A stretch of 64,000 nucleotides of DNA from Acidobacteriota bacterium. GTDB lineage: Bacteria > Acidobacteriota > UBA890 > WLXD01. Shown in pieces: positions 1-9,271 of the stretch. The notes under the pieces are model-generated. The model was not told the DNA's origin and ran no database searches. It saw nothing but the letters and a program-made list of their open reading frames with translations. Position numbers and translations under genes: made by a program. Within the stretch, counting starts at the first letter, position 1. Every line of letters begins with the position of its first letter. The stretch lies in contig CAXWPL010000005.1 in assembly GCA_963666215.2 (NCBI GenBank), positions 544,001-608,000 of the forward strand. The letters are read 5' to 3'.

Positions 1-690
1 CGCCCGCAGATTGATCATCTCGACGAACACCGAGAAACCCATCGCGAAGTAGATGTATCCCTTGGGGATGTGCTGCCCAACGCCGTCGGCGACCAGCGAC
101 ATCCCAATCAACAGCAAGAAAGCCAGCGCCAGCACCTTCACGGTGGGCTGGCGTTGCACGAAGTCGCCGATCGACTTGGCCGACACCATCATCACACCTA
201 CGGCCAGCATCACGGCTGCCACCATCACGGCGATATCGTCGGCCATGCCCACGGCCGTAATCACCGAGTCTAGCGAGAACACGATGTCGAGCACCAGAAT
301 CTGCGCGATCACGGCAGTCATCGTGGACACCGTGCGCGCGCCCGGGTCGCGATCGTGCTGCCCGAGCTCCTCGTGGATGTCGTACGTCGCCTTGGCGAGC
401 AGAAACAGCCCACCGCCGAGCAGAATCAGGTCGCGGCCCGACACCTCGTGATCGCCCACGGAAAACAGCGGCGCCGTGAGCCCGATGAGCCAGGCAATCG
501 ACATCAGCAGCGCTACCCTCATGAGCATCGCGACCGCGAGCCCGAGCATGCGAGCTTTGCTCTGCTGCTCCGGCGGCAACTTGCCGGCGAGCACGGCGAT
601 GAAGATGACGTTGTCGACGCCAAGAACAATCTCGAGCGCCGTGAGGGTGCCCAGCGCGATCCAGATCTGAGGGTCGGTCAGCCAAGTCAT
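1..690 (-). CDS. TerC family integral membrane protein (3' end runs off the window)
   Basis: Not in the ORF track. Minus strand from ATG 690 reads MTWLTDPQIWIALGTLTALEIVLGVDNVIF...FAMGFSVFVEMINLRA; LEIVLGVDN is the TerC signature. The plus-strand ORFs at 53-846 are its antisense shadows. Confidence 0.9.
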   Translation of the reverse strand, partial: MTWLTDPQIWIALGTLTALEIVLGVDNVIFIAVLAGKLPPEQQSKARMLGLAVAMLMRVALLMSIAWLIGLTAPLFSVGDHEVSGRDLILLGGGLFLLAKATYDIHEELGQHDRDPGARTVSTMTAVIAQILVLDIVFSLDSVITAVGMADDIAVMVAAVMLAVGVMMVSAKSIGDFVQRQPTVKVLALAFLLLIGMSLVADGVGQHIPKGYIYFAMGFSVFVEMINLRA

Positions 691-803
691 TCATCGTCGC
701 GCGCTGTCGAACGCGCCCCATTTCGGTCCAAGATCGACCCGAATTCGATTCGATGTCGATGCGATTTCGTCCGCGTTCTACTCGGTTGGCGGGCGCGGCG
801 AAG

Positions 804-3083
804 CTACCACATTTCTCGAATTTTGGAGGCGACGTCTACAACCTGAGAAGGTGCGGCGACCTCCGCAACAGACGGCGCAGCACCCACAACCGGCGATCTC
901 GCGGGCGCCGGCGCGCGGCGCGAAACCAGGTCGAAGCACTGCGTCACAGGATCCCCCAGAAACCGCGAGCGCGGCGCATATAGATGCCGGTCGCCAAGCG
1001 GGCGCTGCTCGGTCACGTAGAAACGCAGCGGCTGAATCAGATGCAGCTCGTTGCGGGCGCGTGTCATGGCTACGTAGAGCAGCCGGCGCTCCTCCTCCAC
1101 CTGTGAGGCGTTGGCGACGGCCATGTCGGAGGGAATGCAGCCGTCCACCACGTTGAGCACGTGGACGCTGTGCCACTCCTGGCCCTTGGCCGAATGAATC
1201 GTCGACAGAATCAAATAGTCCTCGTCGAGGTGCGTGTCGGCGGCCCAGTCGCCGGTGGCTCCCGGAGGATCGAGCGTCAGCTCGGCGAGAAACCGCGCGC
1301 GGGTCGAGTAGCCGGCGGCAACACGTTCGATTTGCTCCAGGTCGCCGGCGCGTAGAACCGCCTGCTCGGCCGGAAACAGGCGCTCGAGCTGTTCCTCGTA
1401 CCAGCCACGAAGCCGCCGCACGTCGTCGGGCCAGGCGGCATCCTGAGCGACGGCGAGATCGGTCAGCAGGGCGGCAAACTCGGGCCAGCGAGCGAGCGGG
1501 TGCTCGACCACGGGTCCCCCCGGAGCGCTCGATGCGGCGCCCCCCGTTGAACCCGACCCGATCGCGCCCAGCCCTCCCATCTGCTCAATCTGTTGCTGCA
1601 CGCGCCGGGCTCCACGCGGCCCTACCTCGGGCAGCAGCTGCAGCGCGCGGAACGAGGCCAGGCCATCGAGCGGGTTCTCTAGCCAACGAAGCAGGCACAG
1701 CAGGTCCTTGACGTGCGCCGCCTCGAGGAACCGCAGCCCACCGTACTTCACGAACGGGATATTCAGTCGCGTGAGCTCGAGCTCGAGCACATCGCTGTGG
1801 TGCGCGGTGCGGAACAGCACCGCCTGGCGGCGTAGATCCACGCCCGACTCTCGCGCTGCCAGAACACGATCGGCAACGTAGGCCGCCTGTGCGGCATCGT
1901 CCTCCACCTCGACGAGGCGCGGTAGGGCCGACGCCGTGGCCGTGGCCGGGTCTTCCGAGTGCGAGTGCAAGCGCGAGTGCGACCGCAGCTCCTTGACGAT
2001 GCCCTCGGTCGCCTGCCGTGATACCGCGTTGGCGGCATCGAGAATCGGCTGCACCGACCGGTAGTTGTCCTCCAGCTTCACCACAGCGGCCGCTGGATCG
2101 AAGCGTTCGGCAAACGTCAGGATGTTGCGAACGCTCGAGCCGCGGAATGAATAGATCGCCTGAGCGTCGTCGCCGACCACCGTGATGCCGTCGCGACGCG
2201 GCCGCAGCGCCATGAGGATCTCGGCCTGCAGAGCGTTGGTGTCCTGGTACTCGTCCACGAGAACGTGATCGAAAAGGTCCGCAATTCGCGCCACGGCCGC
2301 CGGCTGTTCCATCAAGTGCGCCCAGTAAAGAAGCAGGTCGTCGTAGTCGAGCACGCAGCGTCGCTGCTTGGCCTCGACGTAGGCACGGAACAGCCGGCGC
2401 AGTGCCGGCTCGTGGTCGGCGCACCAGGGATAAGCCTCATCCAGACAGGCATCGAGCGACAGCCGCGCGTTGACGCAGCGCGAATAGATCGACAGACAGG
2501 TCCCCTTACGCGGCACCCGGCGACGTTGATTGGCGAGCCCGAGGCGCTGGCGCTCGAGATCCATCAGATCCTCGGCATCACCGCGATCGAGCACGGTGAA
2601 GGTGGGCACCAAGCCGATGGCGCCGCCGAAGTGTCGCAGCAAGCGAGCGCCCACCGAATGGAACGTGCCCGACCACGGCAGGTAGGCGTCGGCGGGCACG
2701 CTGCCGGTACGCACCACGCTCCCGAGACGCTGGCCCGCGGAGGCGGTCGAGCTTGGCCCGCCAGAGCCGGCAACGCCACTCAGCGCCAGGATCCGACTGG
2801 CGCGACGGCCCATCTCTCGCGCCGCCCGGCGGGTGAACGTCAGCAGCAGCAACCGACGCGGATCGAGGCCGTAGCGCGCCAGCTCGGCGGCGCGATGCGC
2901 AAGGGTCAGCGTCTTGCCGGTACCGGCGCCCGCGAGTATCAGCAGAGGGTCGACGCGGCGCACATCACCCCCGGAGCCCAGGCCGTAGGTGGCGGCGCGC
3001 AGCTGCGAGGCGTTGAGGCGCGCTGTCGCCCTGGAGGCGGAGGCGGATGACAGCGAGCTCATGGTGGGTCGATCGTACACCAC
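804..3083 (-). CDS. UvrD/Rep-family ATP-dependent DNA helicase
   Basis: SF1 motifs AGAGTGKT, LVDEYQD, VGDDAQAIYSFRG, NYRS, STIHSAKGQEW, EEERRLLYVAMTRA. Start may be ATG 3062. Confidence 0.93.
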   Translation of the reverse strand: MVYDRPTMSSLSSASASRATARLNASQLRAATYGLGSGGDVRRVDPLLILAGAGTGKTLTLAHRAAELARYGLDPRRLLLLTFTRRAAREMGRRASRILALSGVAGSGGPSSTASAGQRLGSVVRTGSVPADAYLPWSGTFHSVGARLLRHFGGAIGLVPTFTVLDRGDAEDLMDLERQRLGLANQRRRVPRKGTCLSIYSRCVNARLSLDACLDEAYPWCADHEPALRRLFRAYVEAKQRRCVLDYDDLLLYWAHLMEQPAAVARIADLFDHVLVDEYQDTNALQAEILMALRPRRDGITVVGDDAQAIYSFRGSSVRNILTFAERFDPAAAVVKLEDNYRSVQPILDAANAVSRQATEGIVKELRSHSRLHSHSEDPATATASALPRLVEVEDDAAQAAYVADRVLAARESGVDLRRQAVLFRTAHHSDVLELELTRLNIPFVKYGGLRFLEAAHVKDLLCLLRWLENPLDGLASFRALQLLPEVGPRGARRVQQQIEQMGGLGAIGSGSTGGAASSAPGGPVVEHPLARWPEFAALLTDLAVAQDAAWPDDVRRLRGWYEEQLERLFPAEQAVLRAGDLEQIERVAAGYSTRARFLAELTLDPPGATGDWAADTHLDEDYLILSTIHSAKGQEWHSVHVLNVVDGCIPSDMAVANASQVEEERRLLYVAMTRARNELHLIQPLRFYVTEQRPLGDRHLYAPRSRFLGDPVTQCFDLVSRRAPAPARSPVVGAAPSVAEVAAPSQVVDVASKIREMW

Positions 3084-3316
3084 GCCCTGTTGAGCGCTTG
3101 GAGAGCGGGTGAGAAGCCTTGTCGAACGGGATAGAAACGGAGTCTCTCAGCGGCGAGCGCAACTCCTTCCTGATTGGTACCGTTCTGTTCTGCCAAGGCT
3201 TCGACTTCGATCGTCGGCAGCGCGGCTTGTGGCTCGTCCGTGGGCGGAGCTTGGCCAGCTCAGTGGAGCCTGGCCAGTTTCATAGGGTTGTTTACGTATG
3301 TTCAGCGGCAGCTCGA

Positions 3317-4696
3317 GTGTCTCCGACTACTGAACACGCAGGCGCGCGCGATGCCACCCTCGGCGATGTTGTCGAGATCTGGTGGCCGCTATCTGCCAGC
3401 TGGCTGCTGATGGCTCTCGAGGTGCCACTCGTCAGCGCCATGATGGCGCGCCTCGCCGACCCCACCGTGCAGCTGGCGGCGTTCGGCGGCCTCGTTTTCC
3501 CGCTCATGATGATCATCGAGTCCCCGGTGATCATGCTGCTGGCGGCGTCGACAGCGCTGGCGCGCACACGCACCTCGTACTCGCGGCTCCTCGGCTACGC
3601 CAATCGGCTGGCCGCCATCTTGACGGTGCTGCACCTGCTGCTGACGCTCACGCCGGCCTACCACTGGATCGCTCGGGAAGTCATCGGAGCACCGGAAGCC
3701 ATTATTGGTCCGGCGCGCTGGGCGCTTGTTGTTGTGGTGCCCTGGACTTGGGCAATTGCCTACCGGCGGTTCAACCAAGGGGTACTCATCCGCCTTGGAC
3801 AAACGCGTACTATCGGCGCCGGAACTCTGGTGCGGCTGCTCTCGCAGCTCGCGGTAATTCTGCTGATCTTGGGACAACGCGAAATCTTGACCCGACTGGG
3901 AATTGCCGGCGTCGTTGCCGGTACATCGGTCATCATCGTCGGCGTCCTCTCCGAGGCGTTTTTCATTCATATCCGCACGCGGCCGCGCCTCGATTCGCTG
4001 GCCACGACCGGAGACGACGAGCGCGCCCTGGGCGGACGCGCTTTCGCGCGCTTCTATGTGCCGCTCGCGCTCACCTCGTTGATCGGGCTGCTGGCGCCAC
4101 CGGTCGGTGCCGCCGCGATGAGCCGCATGCCGATGACAATGGAGTCGCTGGCAATCTGGCCGATCGTCTTCGGTTTGGTGTTCCTGCTTCGCAGCTCGGC
4201 GGTGGCCTACAAGGAAGTGGTGGTGGCGATGCTCGAGCGACCCAACGGCCACGAGCCGCTGCGCCGTTTCGCGCTGATCCTCTCGGGCTGCACGTTCGCG
4301 ATCACGCTTGCCGTCATTGCCTCGCCACTGGGGCGTATCTGGTTCGAGCGGCTGTCTGGACTCGAGCCTCGACTGGCCGCGTTCGCCACCACCGCCCTGG
4401 CTTTCGGAGCATTGATGCCGGTCGTTGGTGTAGCGCAGAACTACTTCGTCGGCTACCTGGTGCATTCGCGCCAGACCCGTCGCATCACCGAGTCGATGGT
4501 CATCTACCTCGCGACTTGCGGCGGCCTGCTGTTCGTTGGCGCGAGCTGGGACGGTGCTCCAGGGGCCTACATGGCGATGATCGCGTTCACGATCGCGAAC
4601 TTGGCCCAAATTGGCTGGGTGTGGCGCCACTCGCACCCAGGGCTAACGGCCATGCGGAACGCGCCCGAGAAGGCGCGCGAGCCGGTGCTAGAGTAG
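3317..4696 (+). CDS. MOP/MATE-superfamily membrane transporter (ANKH-like)
   Basis: About 12 hydrophobic segments in two repeated halves (WWPLSASWLL / FYVPLALTSL). The ORF track starts at 3119; GTG 3317 is the likelier start. Confidence 0.7.
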   Translation: MSPTTEHAGARDATLGDVVEIWWPLSASWLLMALEVPLVSAMMARLADPTVQLAAFGGLVFPLMMIIESPVIMLLAASTALARTRTSYSRLLGYANRLAAILTVLHLLLTLTPAYHWIAREVIGAPEAIIGPARWALVVVVPWTWAIAYRRFNQGVLIRLGQTRTIGAGTLVRLLSQLAVILLILGQREILTRLGIAGVVAGTSVIIVGVLSEAFFIHIRTRPRLDSLATTGDDERALGGRAFARFYVPLALTSLIGLLAPPVGAAAMSRMPMTMESLAIWPIVFGLVFLLRSSAVAYKEVVVAMLERPNGHEPLRRFALILSGCTFAITLAVIASPLGRIWFERLSGLEPRLAAFATTALAFGALMPVVGVAQNYFVGYLVHSRQTRRITESMVIYLATCGGLLFVGASWDGAPGAYMAMIAFTIANLAQIGWVWRHSHPGLTAMRNAPEKAREPVLE

Positions 4697-4783
4697 CGAG
4701 AGTCGCAGCACCGCATTCAGCGCGGTTGGCCGGACGGGCCGAGCGCGCACCCGAAGCGCCCAGAACCTTCGAGCCTGTACACC

Positions 4784-6205
4784 ATGAAGAAGACCCCGTT
4801 TGCTGTTGCCGCGTTGCTTGTCGCCGCGGCTCTCGGCCTCGCCCTGTCAGTGAATGGCACCCGCGCCGCGAGCTCGGCCCACGAAACCGCCGTCATGGCT
4901 GCCGCCGCCACCGAGGCCACCCAGATCGACTCGTCGGAGTCCGCCCACAATTGGCCACAGTGGCGTGGTCCGGGCGGCAACGGCGTGGCGCCTCACGGCG
5001 ACCCGCCTGTTGAGTTCTCCGAGAGCGACAACGTGGCCTGGAAGATCGCGATTCCCGGCACCGGATCGGCCACGCCGATCGTCTGGGGCGATCATCTCTA
5101 CGTGCTGTCGGCGGTTCCGGCCGCCGCGTCGGCGCAAGCCGCCGCCGCTGTCGCTCCTACGGGGCACGGAGGGCGCAACGACGCGCCGGACCGCGCGCAC
5201 CGCTTCACCGTTTCAGCGATCGACCGCATGAGCGGCGAGGTGGCTTGGCAGCAAGTAGCCCGTGAGGAGATGCCGCACGAGAGCAAACACCCCACGGGAA
5301 CCTGGGCGTCGACCTCGGCCGTCACCGACGGCGAGCGCCTCTACGCGTTCTTCGGATCGCGCGGCCTCTTCACCTACAATCTCGACGGCGAGCCGCTGTG
5401 GGAACGCGACCTCGGCGACATGTCGATTCGTCTCGGCTTCGGCGAGGGCGCCTCACCGGCCCTGGCCGACGGCAAGGTCGTGGTCCCCTGGGACCACAAG
5501 GGCGACTCCTTCATCGTCGCTCTCGACGCCGCAACGGGCGATGAGGTGTGGCGACAGCCACGCGACGAGATCACGTCGTGGAGCACGCCGCTGATCGTCC
5601 CCAACCCTCGCAACGGCGGCCACCAGGTTGTTACGGGAGCCACCGGGGCGGTGCGCAGCTACGACCTCGAGACCGGCAAGCTGCTGTGGCACGGCCCCGG
5701 CCTGACGCTGAACCCCATCCCCTCGCCCGTGGCCGGCAACGGCATGGTGTTTCTCACCTCCGGCTTCCGCGGCAACGCCCTGATGGCCGTGCGGCTGGCC
5801 GACGCTGCCGGCGACATCGCGGCCGGCTCGGCGATCGCCTGGCGGCACGACCGTGACACACCCTACGTGCCGTCGCCGCTGCTCTACGACGACGAGCTCT
5901 ACTTCTTGAAGAGCAATAGCGGCGTGCTGACGGCGTTGGATGCCAAGAGCGGCGACCTCCTCTACGGCCCCGTCCGCGTGCCCGGCATCCAGAACGTGTA
6001 CGCCTCACCCACCGCTGCGGCCGGTCGCATCTACATCGCCGACCGCGAAGGCAACATCACCGTCATCGAGCGCGGCGCCGAGCTCAAGGTGTTGGCCACC
6101 AACACGCTCGACGACGGCTTCGACGCATCGCCCGTAATCGTGGACGGCGAGCTCTACCTGCGCGGCCGCACGCACCTGTACAGGATTTCTGCCAAGAGCG
6201 ACTAG
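4784..6205 (+). CDS. Secreted PQQ-like (BamB-type) beta-propeller protein
   Basis: Signal peptide, NWPQWRGP N-terminal motif, repeated ALDxxTGxxxW blades, C-terminal ASP...LYLRG...LY. Confidence 0.88.
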   Translation: MKKTPFAVAALLVAAALGLALSVNGTRAASSAHETAVMAAAATEATQIDSSESAHNWPQWRGPGGNGVAPHGDPPVEFSESDNVAWKIAIPGTGSATPIVWGDHLYVLSAVPAAASAQAAAAVAPTGHGGRNDAPDRAHRFTVSAIDRMSGEVAWQQVAREEMPHESKHPTGTWASTSAVTDGERLYAFFGSRGLFTYNLDGEPLWERDLGDMSIRLGFGEGASPALADGKVVVPWDHKGDSFIVALDAATGDEVWRQPRDEITSWSTPLIVPNPRNGGHQVVTGATGAVRSYDLETGKLLWHGPGLTLNPIPSPVAGNGMVFLTSGFRGNALMAVRLADAAGDIAAGSAIAWRHDRDTPYVPSPLLYDDELYFLKSNSGVLTALDAKSGDLLYGPVRVPGIQNVYASPTAAAGRIYIADREGNITVIERGAELKVLATNTLDDGFDASPVIVDGELYLRGRTHLYRISAKSD

Positions 6206-6231
6206 AAGACCGGGGGGACGGTACTGAACCG

Positions 6232-7146
6232 CTAGCGTCCCAGGCGGCGCTGGCGCTGATTGTAGGTACGTAGCGCGCGCAGCAGGTCGATCTTGCGGAA
6301 GGCCGGCCAGTTGGTGTCGGAGAAGTAGAACTCCGAGTAGGCGCTCTGCCACAGCAGGAATCCCGACATCCGGACTTCCCCGGAAGTGCGTAGGATCAGG
6401 TCGGGCTCGGGCTGGCCATGAGTGTAGAGATAGGGCTCAATCGAGCTGTCTTCGAAGCTGTCGACCAGCTCCTCGATTGATTTGCCCTCGGAAGCGCGAT
6501 CGCGCAGGTAGCGCCGGAACGCCTGGGTGATCTCCTGGCGGCCGCCGTACGCCATGGCGATATTGAGCTCGAAGGCGTCGTAGTGGCTCGTCGCCGCTTC
6601 GGTGGCGCGAATCGCCTCCTGCAGGCTCTCGGGCAGCAGGTCGACGCGGCCGATGTAGCGCACCTTGACGCGGTTGTCGTGCACGTCGCGATGCGAGCCG
6701 AGCTCGATCGTGCGATCCTCGAAGAGCTTCAGAAGATCCTCGACCTCGGCGGTAGAGCGCTGGAAATTCTCCAGCGAAAAGCTCCATACCGTGACCACAG
6801 GAATACCGATTTCGTAGCACCAGGTCAGCATCTCGCGCAGCTTCTCGGCCCCCATCGTGTGGCCGTACAGCACGCGACGACGTCCGGCGCTGCGCGCGAA
6901 GCGACGGTTCCCGTCCATGATGATGCCGATGTGCTTGGGCAAGTCCCACTCGCCAACGTCTGCCTGCAAGCGACGCTCGTACAGCTGATAGAAGGGTCGC
7001 TTGATCAGATCTTTGGCGTGCCGCCAGACGATCGACAGGCCGTCGGCCAGGCCGCTCCCCCGCTTTTCGGGCAGAACCTCGGGCAACACCGCCGCCGACG
7101 TCTTCGCCTGTTCTACCGCCACGATCACCCCCGCTCTGAGCTCCAC
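6232..7146 (-). CDS. uppS: cis-prenyltransferase (polyprenyl/undecaprenyl diphosphate synthase family)
   Basis: HIGIIMDGNRRFAR, FSLENFQR, AYGGRQE, DLILRTSGEVRMSGFLLWQSAYSE, RRLGR. May be the short-chain paralogue rather than the main UppS. Confidence 0.9.
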   Translation of the reverse strand: MELRAGVIVAVEQAKTSAAVLPEVLPEKRGSGLADGLSIVWRHAKDLIKRPFYQLYERRLQADVGEWDLPKHIGIIMDGNRRFARSAGRRRVLYGHTMGAEKLREMLTWCYEIGIPVVTVWSFSLENFQRSTAEVEDLLKLFEDRTIELGSHRDVHDNRVKVRYIGRVDLLPESLQEAIRATEAATSHYDAFELNIAMAYGGRQEITQAFRRYLRDRASEGKSIEELVDSFEDSSIEPYLYTHGQPEPDLILRTSGEVRMSGFLLWQSAYSEFYFSDTNWPAFRKIDLLRALRTYNQRQRRLGR

Positions 7147-7352
7147 CCCCCGATGGCGTGGAAGAGTCTATGTCGTAGCGAGCGCTCAGTCATGACGATT
7201 CGGCAACGGGCCCGCAACCACCACTGCGCTCTCTGGACCGTTCACGCAGCCGTCGCGGCGCCTTCAACAGCCGCGCGGCGGGCCAGCGCGCCTTGGAAAC
7301 ATCGCCGGAGCGTTGTAGAAGTTCCAGGACCTTCCACTCAGGAGACCTCCCC

Positions 7353-9191
7353 TTGACCGAAAGTAGCGACTCTGCCGAGCCCGGCGCCACGCTGCCAGCC
7401 GGCCTGGCCGAGACGCTGGCGCACGCGCCTGCGCCAAGCGAGGTCGACCCGGATCTCCCCGCTCGCATCGGTCCGTACTCCATCATCGACAGGCTCGGGC
7501 AGGGCGGCATGGGCAGCGTCTATCTGGCCCAGCAACACGAGCCCGTCGAGCGCCGAGTTGCCCTGAAGGTCATCACGCTGGGCAAGGACACGCGCGAGGT
7601 CGTTGCCCGATTCGAAGCCGAGCGTCAGACGCTGGCGTTGATGAACCACCCGTACATCGCCAAGGTCTTCGACGCCGGGGCTACGGCCGAAGGCCGCCCG
7701 TACTTCGCCATGGAGCACACCGCCGGCGACCCCATCACGGTGTTCTGCGACCGCCACCGCCTGGGCATCCGGGCCCGCCTGCAGCTGTTTGTTGACGTTT
7801 GCCATGCCGTCCAGCACGCGCACCAGAAAGGGGTGATCCATCGCGATCTCAAGCCCTCGAACATTCTGGTAGGGCAAGACAACGGCACCCCGGCACCCAA
7901 GGTCATCGACTTCGGAATCGCCAAGGCCATGGGCGAATCCAGCGCCGACGTGACGGCGCTGACTCGAGCCAACGAGGCCATCGGGACGCCCCTGTACATG
8001 AGCCCCGAGCAGGCCGGTCTCGCCGAGCGCGACATCGACACCCGGTCCGACGTGTACGCCCTCGGCGTGATTCTGTATGAGCTTCTATCGGGCACACTGC
8101 CGTACTTCGACGGTGGACTCGGGACCTCGACCTGGGAAGAGGTCCGACGTGCGATCCGCGACGACGATCCGCTGACGCCGAGCAGTCGTCTCTCCAGGCT
8201 CAACGCCGAACGTGGCGCGGCGGTCGCCCGCGCCCGCCAGATCGAACGCACAGCCCTCCGCAAGCAGCTGCGCGGCGACCTCGACTGGATCGTCCTCAAG
8301 GCGCTGGCCAAAGACCGCACGCGGCGCTACGGGTCGACCTCGGAGCTCGCCGACGACATCGGCCGTCACCTCGAACACCAGCCGGTCGTGGCGGGCCCTC
8401 CGGGCGCCGCCTATCGGGTGAGGAAGTTCGTGCGCAGGCATGCCTGGGGCGTGGCAGCCGCGCTGGCCTTCGGCTTGCTGCTCGTGGGCTTCCCCGCCAC
8501 CACGGCAGTGCAGGCCGCACGCGTCGCGCGTGAGCGCGACCGCTCGGACCTCGAGGCCGCCAAGGCGCGGGCCATTAACGAGTTCATGCAGCAGACGCTG
8601 CTTTCCTTCGACCCTGCCGACGGCCTGGGGCGCGATGTCAGCGTCCAGCAGGCGCTCGAATCGGCGGTGCCGAAGATCGAGGTATCGTTCGCCGACCAGC
8701 CCGACGTCGAGAGCTCCTTGAAGAACCTCATCGGTACGGCATACATGCGGCTCGGGCGCTACGACGAGGCCGAGGTGCTGCTGCGCTCGGCGCTCGAGAT
8801 TCGCGAGCGCGTGCTCGGACCGGAGCATGCCGACGTCGCTACGAGCCTGCAGAACGTCGGGCATGTGCTCGACGAGCGCGGCAACTACGACGCTGCGAGC
8901 GGCTTCTACCGCCGCGCACTCGCGCTCCGGCTCCGGCTCTACGACGACGACCACCCCGACGTCGTCGACGCCCGCACCGCGCTTGGCCGCATGCTGACCT
9001 ATGTGGGCGATCACGCGAGCGCCGAAGAGCACCTCCGGGAGGCGCTGCGCGTTGCGCGCACACAAACACTGGGCGACGATGCGGTGCGCACGCAACGCGT
9101 GCTGCAACGCGTAGTCGCCCTCTACGAGGCCTGGGACAAGCCCGATCGCGCACGCGTGTACCAGGCCCTGCTGATCGCGGACAACGGCTGA
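7353..9191 (+). CDS. Ser/Thr protein kinase with TM helix and C-terminal TPR repeats
   Basis: LGQGGMGSVY, VALK, HRDLKPSN, DFG, GTPLYMSPEQ, then a TM helix and kinesin-light-chain-like TPRs (GPEHADVATSL). TTG 7353 follows AGGAG. Confidence 0.92.
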   Translation: MTESSDSAEPGATLPAGLAETLAHAPAPSEVDPDLPARIGPYSIIDRLGQGGMGSVYLAQQHEPVERRVALKVITLGKDTREVVARFEAERQTLALMNHPYIAKVFDAGATAEGRPYFAMEHTAGDPITVFCDRHRLGIRARLQLFVDVCHAVQHAHQKGVIHRDLKPSNILVGQDNGTPAPKVIDFGIAKAMGESSADVTALTRANEAIGTPLYMSPEQAGLAERDIDTRSDVYALGVILYELLSGTLPYFDGGLGTSTWEEVRRAIRDDDPLTPSSRLSRLNAERGAAVARARQIERTALRKQLRGDLDWIVLKALAKDRTRRYGSTSELADDIGRHLEHQPVVAGPPGAAYRVRKFVRRHAWGVAAALAFGLLLVGFPATTAVQAARVARERDRSDLEAAKARAINEFMQQTLLSFDPADGLGRDVSVQQALESAVPKIEVSFADQPDVESSLKNLIGTAYMRLGRYDEAEVLLRSALEIRERVLGPEHADVATSLQNVGHVLDERGNYDAASGFYRRALALRLRLYDDDHPDVVDARTALGRMLTYVGDHASAEEHLREALRVARTQTLGDDAVRTQRVLQRVVALYEAWDKPDRARVYQALLIADNG

Positions 9192-9271
9192 GCCCGAGGA
9201 CAGCTGCCGGCGGCCAAGCTCGACCTGAGACGATCTCCGCGCATCGCGAACGCGTGGAACCGACGCTGGCC

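Noticed and set aside
3382-5013. Long alternative-frame and antisense ORFs (also 8085-9317, 26462-27607, 42374-43948, 53413-54666, 63082-63873)
   Set aside because: Arg/Pro/Ala-rich shadows of real genes, as expected in high-GC DNA; no recognisable motifs.
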